30,435 nt of DNA, taken from positions 31,124 to 61,558 of the forward strand of contig PSLL01000007.1 in the NCBI GenBank assembly GCA_040289575.1, read 5' to 3'. Made by a program: the position numbers and the translations under genes. This DNA comes from Candidatus Dadabacteria bacterium (GTDB taxonomy: Bacteria; Desulfobacterota_D; UBA1144; Nemesobacterales; CSP1-2). This document shows, in pieces, positions 18,870 to 27,383 of this stretch. Position 1 is the stretch's first letter, and every line of letters starts with the position of its first letter. The notes beneath the pieces were generated by a model. It was not told the origin of the DNA, made no database searches, and saw nothing but the letters and a program-made list of their open reading frames with translations.

Positions 18870-20531
18870 ATGGATAGAGGGCGGATGACAGAGGAAGGAT
18901 ATGAGGGGAAAATAAGGATTTTATTGGTCGAAGATGATAAGGTTGACCAGATGGCCTTTAAGAGATTGGTTAAGGATGAAAATCTTCCATACTGCTATAC
19001 AACGACCGAATCTGTTTCAGAGGTTAAGAAAATTCTAGATTCCAATAAAAGATTCGATATTGTAATCGTGGATTACTCCCTTGGAGACGGCACGGCGTTT
19101 GACATTTTCGACTTGGTAAAAGACACGCCGGTTATTGTCACTACGGGAAGTGGCAATGAGAAAGTTGCCGTTAAGGCTATGAAAGCGGGGGCTTACGATT
19201 ATCTCATAAAAGACCCAGAGCGTAATTACCTAAAAGTTCTACCGATAACTGTAGAAAGTGCAATTAAACGCAGGGAATCAGAAGAACAATTCAGAATGCT
19301 ATCACATGCAATTATGAGTATTAATGATAGTGTCTATATTGCGGATATGAATGATAGGATCATATTTGTTAACAAAGCGTTCTGTAAGACCTATGGATAT
19401 GAGGAAGGAGATATTGTGGGCAGAGACATCAATGTTCTTGGGGAATTTGGTTTGAAAGACGAGATTTATCACAAGCGGAGGGATGGGAGTGAATTTCCGA
19501 TTTCTCTTTCCAGGTCGGTCATTAAAGATGAAAGTGGAAAAGAGGTTGCTGTTATTAGAGTAGTCCGCGACATCACTGAGCGCAAGAGGACAGAAGGGGT
19601 GCTGCCGGAGGCTTATGACGAGTTAGAAAGACGGGTTGAGAAGCGAACCGCCGAGCTTTCAAAAGCCAATGAGCTTTTGATTCAAGAGAACGCCGAGCGC
19701 AGGCGGGCAGAAGCGCTATTGTTCAGGCAGAAGGAGGAGATTGAAAAGGCCCACGCTCATCTTAGGGAGACAACACAGATGCTGATTCAGGCGGAGAAAA
19801 TGAGCGCGGTGGGGACGATAGTTGCCGGTGTATCTCATGAACTCAACAATCCAATGATGGGTATACTCAATTTCATTCAGTACTGTCTCAAACACACATC
19901 CAAGGAGGACAAAAGATACAGTATCCTTCAAGATGCCGAGCGTGAAACGAATCGCTGCATTGATATTATAAAGGACCTATTAACATTCTCACGTATGGAA
20001 AAAGAAGGCCCGGAGGCACGTCAGAAGGAAACTTGTACTGTGATTTTTGATCGGGTATTCAGGCTGTTGTCCTACCGTATTGAGAAAGAGGGTATTTTGG
20101 TAACTCGTCATAGCACTGAGGAAATCCCCTCCATTTGGATGAAGGTGAACAATATACAACAGGTGTTCTTAAATCTCATAATTAATGCCCTCGATGCTCT
20201 AAGAGACAGCAATAGAAAGGAGATTCATGTTGATATACAACGCGAAGGAGAGTTCGTCCAAGTTATAGTCGCCGACACCGGTTGCGGCATCTCTCCCGAG
20301 AATGTTCAAAGGATTTTCGATCCATTTTTCACAACAAAACCAGTCGGAGAGGGAACAGGGCTCGGTCTTTCTGTATGCCGCAGTATCATCAAGGAACACG
20401 GAGGAGAAATCACCTGTGAAAGTAGGTCTGGGATAGGAACGAAATTTAGGATCTTATTGCCAATAGACAGAAGGAAAGAAAGGATTCCATGGTCAACAGT
20501 ACTGGACAAAAGAAGGGAGGAAAGAAAATGA
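18870..20531 (+). CDS. Hybrid REC-PAS-histidine kinase (NtrB-like core; start 18870 or 18885)
   Basis: ILLVEDD..IVDYSLGDG..KAGAYDYLIKD receiver, a short PAS, a coiled coil, then GVSHELNNP, QQVFLNLIINA, DTGCGI, FDPFFTTKPVGEGTGLGL. Confidence 0.92.
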   Translation: MDRGRMTEEGYEGKIRILLVEDDKVDQMAFKRLVKDENLPYCYTTTESVSEVKKILDSNKRFDIVIVDYSLGDGTAFDIFDLVKDTPVIVTTGSGNEKVAVKAMKAGAYDYLIKDPERNYLKVLPITVESAIKRRESEEQFRMLSHAIMSINDSVYIADMNDRIIFVNKAFCKTYGYEEGDIVGRDINVLGEFGLKDEIYHKRRDGSEFPISLSRSVIKDESGKEVAVIRVVRDITERKRTEGVLPEAYDELERRVEKRTAELSKANELLIQENAERRRAEALLFRQKEEIEKAHAHLRETTQMLIQAEKMSAVGTIVAGVSHELNNPMMGILNFIQYCLKHTSKEDKRYSILQDAERETNRCIDIIKDLLTFSRMEKEGPEARQKETCTVIFDRVFRLLSYRIEKEGILVTRHSTEEIPSIWMKVNNIQQVFLNLIINALDALRDSNRKEIHVDIQREGEFVQVIVADTGCGISPENVQRIFDPFFTTKPVGEGTGLGLSVCRSIIKEHGGEITCESRSGIGTKFRILLPIDRRKERIPWSTVLDKRREERK

Positions 20532-20911
20532 GTAAGCGTATTTTAGTGATTGATGATGAAGAGGCGGTAAGAAAATCATTTATATTGGCGCTTGAGGATA
20601 CAGGCTACCGAGTAGAGGCGGCAGAATCAGGAGAAAAGGGATTCAATATGATACAAACCAATAAATATGATTTGGTTTTTCTTGACCTTAAGATGCCGGG
20701 TATGAATGGAGTTAAGACACTAAGAGAACTGAGAAAGATAGATAAAACCGTACCTGTTTACATTGTGACAGCCTTTCACAAAGAGTTTTTTGACCAACTC
20801 AAAGAAGCTGCAGAGGATGGAATAGGTTTCGAGATCATTAAAAAACCCCTTAGTAGTGATCAGATTGTTTTGATTACAAAAGGCATTCTGGAGGGACCAC
20901 AATCACTTTAA
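20528..20911 (+). CDS. Single-domain response regulator
   Basis: MSKRILVIDDE, FLDLKMPGMNG, IVTAF, KKPL; GGAGG RBS and ATGA overlap. Confidence 0.92.
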   Translation: MSKRILVIDDEEAVRKSFILALEDTGYRVEAAESGEKGFNMIQTNKYDLVFLDLKMPGMNGVKTLRELRKIDKTVPVYIVTAFHKEFFDQLKEAAEDGIGFEIIKKPLSSDQIVLITKGILEGPQSL

Positions 20912-20925
20912 CAATGGAGGGGGCT

Positions 20926-21186
20926 ATGTATGAATTTAGGCTTTATATCGCGGGACAAACACCAAACTCAACAAATGTCACAAAGAATGTCAAGACGTTT
21001 TTGAAAGACAAGTTTGGAGATCAATATTGCCTCAATATTATAGATATACTTAAAAATCCAGAACTGGGCGAGTATGATGAGATTATACTTACACCAACGT
21101 TGATAAGGGTTTTTCCACCGCCAGTTAGGAAGGTCATCGGGATTTTCGACGGTGATGAAAAGGCTCTGGAATTACTGTTGTGCTAG
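20926..21186 (+). CDS. kaiB: KaiB-family protein
   Basis: RLYIAGQTPNS, IIDILKNPEL and TPTLIRVFPPPVRKVIG align without gaps to cyanobacterial KaiB ([37 protein letters not shown]). GGAGG RBS. Confidence 0.88.
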   Translation: MYEFRLYIAGQTPNSTNVTKNVKTFLKDKFGDQYCLNIIDILKNPELGEYDEIILTPTLIRVFPPPVRKVIGIFDGDEKALELLLC

Positions 21187-21207
21187 AACCTATATACCTT
21201 CCATACA

Positions 21208-21235
21208 GTAGAGACGCCATTAACGGCGTCTCTAC
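21208..21235. repeat. GTAG-type REP hairpin
   Basis: GTAGAGACGCC-attaac-GGCGTCTCTAC, a perfect 11-bp stem. Confidence 0.8.
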
Positions 21236-21274
21236 ATCTCTGTACAGCGTACACACATAGAACAGAACGACAAG

Positions 21275-21304
21275 ATTAGGGACACATTGCAATGTGTCCC
21301 TAAT
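21275..21304. repeat. Perfect 30-bp palindrome (REP-like)
   Basis: ATTAGGGACACATTG|CAATGTGTCCCTAAT, between convergent kaiB and sodA. Confidence 0.85.
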
Positions 21305-21357
21305 GGAATAACACCCATCGTGGATTTAGCAACAGCTATTGCGAGGACATAGAAACC

Positions 21358-21969
21358 TTATTTTGCGCTCGCGTAATTTTTAGCTATCTGATCCCAGTTG
21401 ACCACGTTCCACCAGGCCGAAATGTAATCCGCGCGGCGATTTTGGTACTTGAGATAATAGGCGTGTTCCCAAACATCGAGACCGAGAATAGGCTTTAAGC
21501 CGTCGGATATGGGGTTATCCTGATTGGGCGTCGAAGTTATGATCAACTTGCCGCTTTTATCCACACAGAGCCAGGCCCAACCGCTTCCGAACCGACCGAG
21601 GGCGGCCTTGGAGAACTGATCCTTGAAGTTCGCAAAACTGCCAAAAGCAGAATTAATCACACCCGCAAACTCGCCCTTAGGCTCACCCCCGCCGTTTGGA
21701 CTCATCATGGGCCAAAACATAGTGTGGTTAAGATGCCCCCCGCCATTGTTGCGAACGGCGGTACGTATGTCTTCGGGGATTGCATTTAGATTTTTTATCA
21801 GATCCTCAACGCTTTTGCTCTGTAGATCGGGATGCTTTTCTAAAGCCGCATTGAGGTTGTTTACGTAAGCGCGATGATGTCCTGTATAATGAATCTCCAT
21901 TGTACGGGCGTCAATGTGCGGTTCAAGCGCGTCGTAACTATAGGGCAATTTCGGTAATTCGTGTGCCAT
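21358..21969 (-). CDS. sodA: Superoxide dismutase, Mn/Fe family (Mn-type signatures)
   Basis: [51 protein letters not shown]. Confidence 0.96.
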   Translation of the reverse strand: MAHELPKLPYSYDALEPHIDARTMEIHYTGHHRAYVNNLNAALEKHPDLQSKSVEDLIKNLNAIPEDIRTAVRNNGGGHLNHTMFWPMMSPNGGGEPKGEFAGVINSAFGSFANFKDQFSKAALGRFGSGWAWLCVDKSGKLIITSTPNQDNPISDGLKPILGLDVWEHAYYLKYQNRRADYISAWWNVVNWDQIAKNYASAK

Positions 21970-22062
21970 AATGAACCTCCTTCTATCAAGATTTTATTTA
22001 TATAAAGAATGAAAAACAAACATAACCGCTAAGAGATTGTAATTAAGAGATTTTATTAAAAT

Positions 22063-22091
22063 ATTATAGCTTTCTAATCGGAGGGTGTCAA
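22063..22091 (-). promoter_or_regulatory. Consensus sigma-70 promoter of sodA
   Basis: Exact TTGACA-N17-TATAAT on the minus strand. Confidence 0.85.
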
Positions 22092-22125
22092 AGAGAATCA
22101 ATTCAAAATCGTAATACATTATCTT

Positions 22126-22155
22126 TTGACAAAGGAGCCATTTTGGCTTTATTAT
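22126..22155 (+). promoter_or_regulatory. Putative sigma-70 promoter of the ABC ATPase, divergent from sodA
   Basis: TTGACA-N18-TATTAT just upstream of ATG 22171. Confidence 0.55.
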
Positions 22156-22170
22156 CTAAAGGCTTGGGTT

Positions 22171-22920
22171 ATGAAAGAAGATTTTATTATAGAACTCAAA
22201 GATGTTTATAAGTCTTTTAACTCAAAAGAAGTCCACACGGGCGTTACGCTCTCGATTAGAAGAGATGAGAACATAACTATACTCGGCGGCAGTGGCTCAG
22301 GCAAAAGCGTTCTTCTTAAAGAGATCATCGGCCTTATAAAGCCCGATAGCGGCCAGATTATAGTAGATGGCGAAGACATCGTTCCGATGGATGAGAATGA
22401 ACTTGTACATGTGAGAAAAAAAATAGGAATGCTTTTTCAGGGAGCGGCCCTTTTTGATTCCCTCACTGTGTGTGAGAACATAGCCTACCCACTCAGGGAG
22501 CATTCAAAACACACCGAAAATGAGATAAAAGAGATAGTTTCAAGAAACCTTGAGCTTGTAGGACTTCCAGGGATAGAGGATAAACTCCCATCGGATCTGA
22601 GCGGCGGTATGAAAAAGCGCGTCGGGCTTGCAAGGGCAATGGCTATGGAGCCAAAGATTCTGCTCTATGATGAACCGACAACGGGACTTGACCCACCGAA
22701 CATAAGCAGAATCAATCACCTAATAAGAGAGATGCAGCAAAAATTTGGAGTAACCGGGGTCATTATCACTCACGATGTTACGAGTGCATTCGAGATTTCA
22801 GATAGAGTCGCTTTTCTCTACAAGGGGAAAATCATATTCGTAGGAACCGTAGAAGAGGCCAAGAATACGACAATTGAGGCTCTAAGCGATTTTATTCACG
22901 GCAGACTCGAAGACGATTAG
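22171..22920 (+). CDS. mlaF: ABC transporter ATP-binding protein, MlaF/Ttg2A/Mkl family
   Basis: GGSGSGKS, GMLFQGAALFDSL, LSGGMKKRVGLARA, LYDEPTTGLDP. Confidence 0.85.
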   Translation: MKEDFIIELKDVYKSFNSKEVHTGVTLSIRRDENITILGGSGSGKSVLLKEIIGLIKPDSGQIIVDGEDIVPMDENELVHVRKKIGMLFQGAALFDSLTVCENIAYPLREHSKHTENEIKEIVSRNLELVGLPGIEDKLPSDLSGGMKKRVGLARAMAMEPKILLYDEPTTGLDPPNISRINHLIREMQQKFGVTGVIITHDVTSAFEISDRVAFLYKGKIIFVGTVEEAKNTTIEALSDFIHGRLEDD

Positions 22921-22956
22921 TTTAAATGGTATTGAGGGAGGGGGAAGAATCGCAAC

Positions 22957-23241
22957 ATGCATAAAGTTGAATTTAAAAAGAAGGAAATCGAGTGTAACTT
23001 CATATATATCTACAACGATGAACTTTCTTTATTAGTTGACGTTATAAGGCACTATAAGAGGATTGTCTTTAGGGGTTTTGCCGACACAAAAGATGTAAAG
23101 CGCGATTTCTGTCAAACATTTCCATTCCCCAATTCAGACGAACCGCCCTTTTCTCCGCCTCTCCCGTTTCGTTCATCGATACCTTTAAATCAGAGTATTT
23201 ACCGTCAAAGCCATCAAACCCGGCGAAGATGTTCTTTATAA
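22957..23241 (+). pseudogene. Hypothetical gene, probably 3'-truncated at about 23140
   Basis: Purine-rich RBS before the ATG and a protein-like first 60 aa. It then reads as the antisense of the opposing gene (PPFSPPLPF...). Confidence 0.4.
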
Positions 23242-23445
23242 TGTTTTTTACCACGGGATATGTTGTGCTGTAGTCGTCTCTATATTCTATTGAGAAATGC
23301 TCCATCACACCATCTAAATCCTTTTTCTTTCCTGCTTCCATAACACCGTGAATCGCGACTCTATTTCCCGACTATCATCCCTTGAAGGGAGGAAGAGATA
23401 CACCAAAATTGCAATTACAATTATAAGGACTATATACCTCCTCAT
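23069..23445 (-). pseudogene. Membrane-anchored protein with NTF2/SnoaL-like pattern; frameshifted at about 23360 and probably truncated at about 23140
   Basis: ATG 10 bp after the comEC stop: MRRYIVLIIVIAILVYLFLPSRDDSREIE. It continues in another frame as VAIHGVMEAGKKKDLDGVMEHFSIEYRDD. Confidence 0.6.
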
Positions 23446-23455
23446 ATATCGAGAT

Positions 23456-25828
23456 TTAATATACCAATTCCTTATCCTTATCTAAAAACGTTCTGACTCG
23501 AATCTGTTTTCCATCCGTAAGAACCGTGGTTGTGCCCTGCTTGTCCGTTTGAAAAATATCTGGTGTCTTCTTGTCGTAATCGTTTATTCTCCTCGGGTAA
23601 TGCGATTCATTAAAATTCTGGAAGCCGGAGTTTGTCACTATAATCATCGGTGAAATCGCCGTTACAAAATCAGTAATATCCTTTTGCTTCACAAAGAGAT
23701 AGAGCACACTGCTTCTGATTCTATCTTTATACGTCTCAATAAGCTCAGACTGCACCTTCTCTTCTGTTATGCCCTCCCCGAAGAGAAAGCCCGTGCTTTT
23801 GAAATCTAATTTCACTATAATCGGATAGGGCCTTGATGAATCCTCATATGTAAATTCTCCCCTCGGCTTTAGAAACTCAATTTGAACCCCCTCTAAATTG
23901 AGAGCTTCTACTTCATCCGATATATCCTTCCAGGTAATATTTTTATCTCTAATCATCTCCCAAATTTCCCCGTCAAGCTTCCTCCCGTTTGTCCAGAATC
24001 TCTCCACCCTAAATTTCTGCATTATGCTTTTGACACCCTCTAGATGATCCCTATCAAGTGAGGTCAAAATCAGATAATCAATTCTTGTAACGCCCGACTT
24101 AAGGAGAAAAGGGGCAACAACCACTTTTTCTATGTAGCCGCCTGTGTCATGATATGCAAATCCCCCGTCAATGAGAATCGTTTTTTCCTCGGGAAGTCGA
24201 ATGAAGATTATACTTCTGCTTCCGGCATCGAGAAAATCCGCTTCCAGAAATCCCTTCTTTGGATTGTTCAAGATATGGTAAGCTGAGGTGAGGAGAAATC
24301 CCAGAATGAGAATGGGAAGGAAAAATCTGAGCTGGGGATACGTCCTTTGAAAAAGAAGGATTGCCGCCGCAGTCCCATAGAACACCCAGCTTACACTACC
24401 TAGAGACGGGACAGTCAAAGAAGAGAGAGGGATTTTTAAAAACTGGCTGTTTCCCCAGAGGAATAATTTCGTAAGGAGAATATCGGCATAAAGAAAAGGC
24501 ATCGCAATGGTTTTGGATACCACAAAGGCTAAAAAAGAAAGAAGCCCAAGAGGAACTATAAGAAATTCAGAGAAAGGAACAAGGATGAGGTTTGCAGGGA
24601 TAGATACAAGAGAGAAAACTCCAAAAGACGTTATTATAAACGGCAAGGTGGCGGTTGATGCGGCGATAGTGGTCTTTACGCTTGATGAGAGCTTATCTTT
24701 AAACGTATTTAGCCTGAGCGGATAGAACCTATCTATAACGATTATTCCGAGAACAGAGGCGAAAGAGAGTTGGGATGAGAGTTCAAAGAGCGCCCATGGG
24801 TGCCAGAGTAGAATAATGAAGGCCGAAACGGCAAGCGTATTTAATTTATTTTCCGCCCTGCCTATAACTATTGAGATTAAATAAACCGTAGCCATTATAG
24901 ATGCCCGTACCACAGGTGTAGCGAATCCCGCAAGGGCTGTGTATATGAAAACGGGAATGATTGTGAGAGCGGCTGTGAGTCTTGGCACCCGAAACCTAAG
25001 GAGAAGGAATTCGGAGCGCTTAAGAGTCCATTTAATCACGATATAAAAAACGAGCACAACCGCCGCCACATGAAGCCCCGAAATTGAAAGAATGTGGCTG
25101 ATTCCGGATTTTGAGAACTGATTCCTTAATTCAGATGGCACCGCACCTTGATCCCCAATTGACATGGCGTTTATTATTTCACTTAGGGGAAAAGGGGATT
25201 TGTTTCTTACAAAATTTCCAAACCTCACCCTGAGACTGTCTATCGCGTGGAGAAAGGAATTCGAGAATTCGTCCTTCCCGAATGATATAATCCATTCCTC
25301 TGCCGGAACAAATCCGGTAGCGTAAATCCCCTGTCTTTCGTAGTAGCGCTTGATATTGAAACTGCCCGGATTTTGAAAACTCCTTAGGATTCTGAGATTT
25401 GTATGGAGCACCCTGACCCTATCCCCATCTGCAAGCCCCCATATCCTCTCCTCCGTAGATATTATTACCCTCCCCGATACATGCTCCCTTCTCCCTCCTA
25501 GAAAAACGGCTTGAGCATCAATAAACAACCTCGATCCCTTTTCCCTACTCTCCGGGGATTTAAATAGAACCCCTTCGATGTCGAGTTCCTTTCCCGTAAA
25601 GTGGGAGATGTGGTTTTCCGGAAGGCTCGGTCTTGCAGAAAATAGAATCCCGACTGGAATGAATATTAAGAAGCCGAATTTGGGTTTAAAAAGGGATAAG
25701 ACACCAAAGATAGGGGAGAGAAGCACAATCAGAATCCATTCGTTCCCCGCCCATTCAGCAATTAATATTCCCGATATAAATCCAAGGAGCGAACCAAGGA
25801 TTTTGTATTTTAGGAGAAAGGAATCCAT
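23456..25828 (-). CDS. comEC: ComEC/Rec2 competence channel
   Basis: OB-like region with NPGSFN, HILSISGLHV, VVRASIM, Q-L-S-F motif, multiple TM helices, C-terminal MBL-like domain (ILIDGG, TDKQGT). Confidence 0.92.
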   Translation of the reverse strand: MDSFLLKYKILGSLLGFISGILIAEWAGNEWILIVLLSPIFGVLSLFKPKFGFLIFIPVGILFSARPSLPENHISHFTGKELDIEGVLFKSPESREKGSRLFIDAQAVFLGGRREHVSGRVIISTEERIWGLADGDRVRVLHTNLRILRSFQNPGSFNIKRYYERQGIYATGFVPAEEWIISFGKDEFSNSFLHAIDSLRVRFGNFVRNKSPFPLSEIINAMSIGDQGAVPSELRNQFSKSGISHILSISGLHVAAVVLVFYIVIKWTLKRSEFLLLRFRVPRLTAALTIIPVFIYTALAGFATPVVRASIMATVYLISIVIGRAENKLNTLAVSAFIILLWHPWALFELSSQLSFASVLGIIVIDRFYPLRLNTFKDKLSSSVKTTIAASTATLPFIITSFGVFSLVSIPANLILVPFSEFLIVPLGLLSFLAFVVSKTIAMPFLYADILLTKLFLWGNSQFLKIPLSSLTVPSLGSVSWVFYGTAAAILLFQRTYPQLRFFLPILILGFLLTSAYHILNNPKKGFLEADFLDAGSRSIIFIRLPEEKTILIDGGFAYHDTGGYIEKVVVAPFLLKSGVTRIDYLILTSLDRDHLEGVKSIMQKFRVERFWTNGRKLDGEIWEMIRDKNITWKDISDEVEALNLEGVQIEFLKPRGEFTYEDSSRPYPIIVKLDFKSTGFLFGEGITEEKVQSELIETYKDRIRSSVLYLFVKQKDITDFVTAISPMIIVTNSGFQNFNESHYPRRINDYDKKTPDIFQTDKQGTTTVLTDGKQIRVRTFLDKDKELVY

Positions 25829-25954
25829 TTTAATCAGATATGAATGGAATTAATAAAAGATGGAGAATATATACAAAAACTCCCATCTATCATGAGTTGT
25901 ATATCATGTATATCCCGTATCGTTTTATTCATCTCCATTCCCGTCCATTTGTGA

Positions 25955-26437
25955 CTAAATAGATGCCTTTTTCAAAAGAACTACTGCATAAGCCGCTATT
26001 CCTTCTCCCCTGCCAGTAAAACCCATGGTGTCTGTTGTTGTTGCTTTTATACCCAGAGAATCCTCAGAAACTTGGATTATGGAAGAGAGTCTCTCTTTCA
26101 TCCGAGAGATGTATCCAGAGAGCTTTGGTCTTTCACATACTACTACACTATCTATGTTTTCAACCTTGAAATCTCTGGAATTCGACAGCGCTGTCACCTG
26201 TTTGAGAAGAACTAAACTCGACATACCCTTGTATCTGGGGTCACTATCCGGGAAATGGTCTCCAATATCCCTCTCCCCAATTGCCCCCAGTATGGCGTCG
26301 CATATCGCGTGTGTGAGGACATCGGCATCCGAATGCCCTTCAAGTCCTAGCTCAAACGGAATCTCCACCCCTCCAAGGATGAGTTTTCGTTCTTTTGAGA
26401 ATCTATGAGCGTCAAATCCGATGCCTACTCGGTACAT
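25955..26437 (-). CDS. ispF: 2-C-methyl-D-erythritol 2,4-cyclodiphosphate synthase
   Basis: MYRVGIGFDAHRF, GHSDADVLTHAICDAILGA, DIGDHFPD, KATTT..MGFTGRGEGIAA. The true start is 26437, not 26551. Confidence 0.96.
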   Translation of the reverse strand: MYRVGIGFDAHRFSKERKLILGGVEIPFELGLEGHSDADVLTHAICDAILGAIGERDIGDHFPDSDPRYKGMSSLVLLKQVTALSNSRDFKVENIDSVVVCERPKLSGYISRMKERLSSIIQVSEDSLGIKATTTDTMGFTGRGEGIAAYAVVLLKKASI

Positions 26438-26450
26438 GATTTTTTTGTAC

Positions 26451-26561
26451 TTAGTCACTAATTTACATAAATGGGCAGGATGCATGATACACGATACAGA
26501 ACACATGATATAAAAACATCGTGCATCCTGCATCATTTTATTCGTGTTCATTCGTGGCTAA
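26451..26561. repeat. Nested palindromic element with 7-mer tandem repeats; related copies at about 25840-25958 and 27272-27360
   Basis: TTAGTCAC...GTGGCTAA ends; heptamers CAGGATG CATGATA CACGATA CAGAACA CATGATA; inner IR CAGGATGCATGAT/ATCGTGCATCCTG. Confidence 0.7.
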
Positions 26562-27262
26562 TAACATCTTTTTATCTCCTTCAAAGCCAGTTCTGCCATG
26601 AGCAAATCCTCTTCTGTAGTGATTTTCATATTCATCTGAGAACCCCATATAAGTTTTACCCGTATACCGAGCCTCTCAACCAGCGATGATTCATCCGTGC
26701 CGAGAAATCCGTCTTCTTCACTCATTTCATAAGCCCTCTTTAGAATATCGTACCGAAAAGCCTGAGGGGTCTGGGCAAGCCAGAGAGACTCACGCGGTAG
26801 AGTTCTTTTAATGTAGCCCTCGTAGGATTCTTTTACCGTATCTCTTACCGGGACGGCGACAATCGCCCCGCCTGATTCTAGAGCCTCTTTTATAGACCCT
26901 TCAATCAGGTCAACCGTTATAAACGGACGCACCCCGTCGTGGACTATGACTATATCGGTCTCGTTTGAGATCGAACTAAACCCCTTTTTTACAGAATGCT
27001 GCCTCTCTTCACCGCCGGGGATAATCCCCGCAATCTTTTTAAACTGAAACTTCTTCACTATTTCTTCGCGACAGTAAACGATCGAATCCTCGGAAACGAC
27101 AAGTATGATTTCTCCTACTGACGGAGACTCCTCAAATCTCTCAATCGAATGGGCAATAACCGGCTTTCCGTCGAGGGGCTGAAACTGTTTTCTCCTGTCT
27201 ACACTGAATCTTTTTCCCCACCCTGCTGCGGCTATTATTGCGGCGGCTTTCACTTTAATCAT
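26558..27262 (-). CDS. ispD: 2-C-methyl-D-erythritol 4-phosphate cytidylyltransferase
   Basis: AAG.GKRF...KQF, GGEERQHSV, VHDGVRPF, AQTPQAF, TDESSLVE, NMKITT.ED. Confidence 0.96.
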   Translation of the reverse strand: MIKVKAAAIIAAAGWGKRFSVDRRKQFQPLDGKPVIAHSIERFEESPSVGEIILVVSEDSIVYCREEIVKKFQFKKIAGIIPGGEERQHSVKKGFSSISNETDIVIVHDGVRPFITVDLIEGSIKEALESGGAIVAVPVRDTVKESYEGYIKRTLPRESLWLAQTPQAFRYDILKRAYEMSEEDGFLGTDESSLVERLGIRVKLIWGSQMNMKITTEEDLLMAELALKEIKRCY

Positions 27263-27383
27263 ATATAAATTTTAGTCATGAATGAAATAAATCAGGACAC
27301 AGGATGCATGTAAATCTTTCATGTACCGTGCATCATGAATCGTGTCTTGCATCATTTTATACACGTTATCATCAATTGCCTTC

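Noticed and set aside
26438..26551. 38-aa N-terminal extension of IspF in the ORF track (MNTNKMMQDARC...)
   Set aside because: It is the translation of the heptamer repeat element. IspF homology begins at MYRVGIG (26437).
25829..27383. CRISPR or other regular array
   Set aside because: The repeats are degenerate, separated by whole genes, and there are no cas genes.
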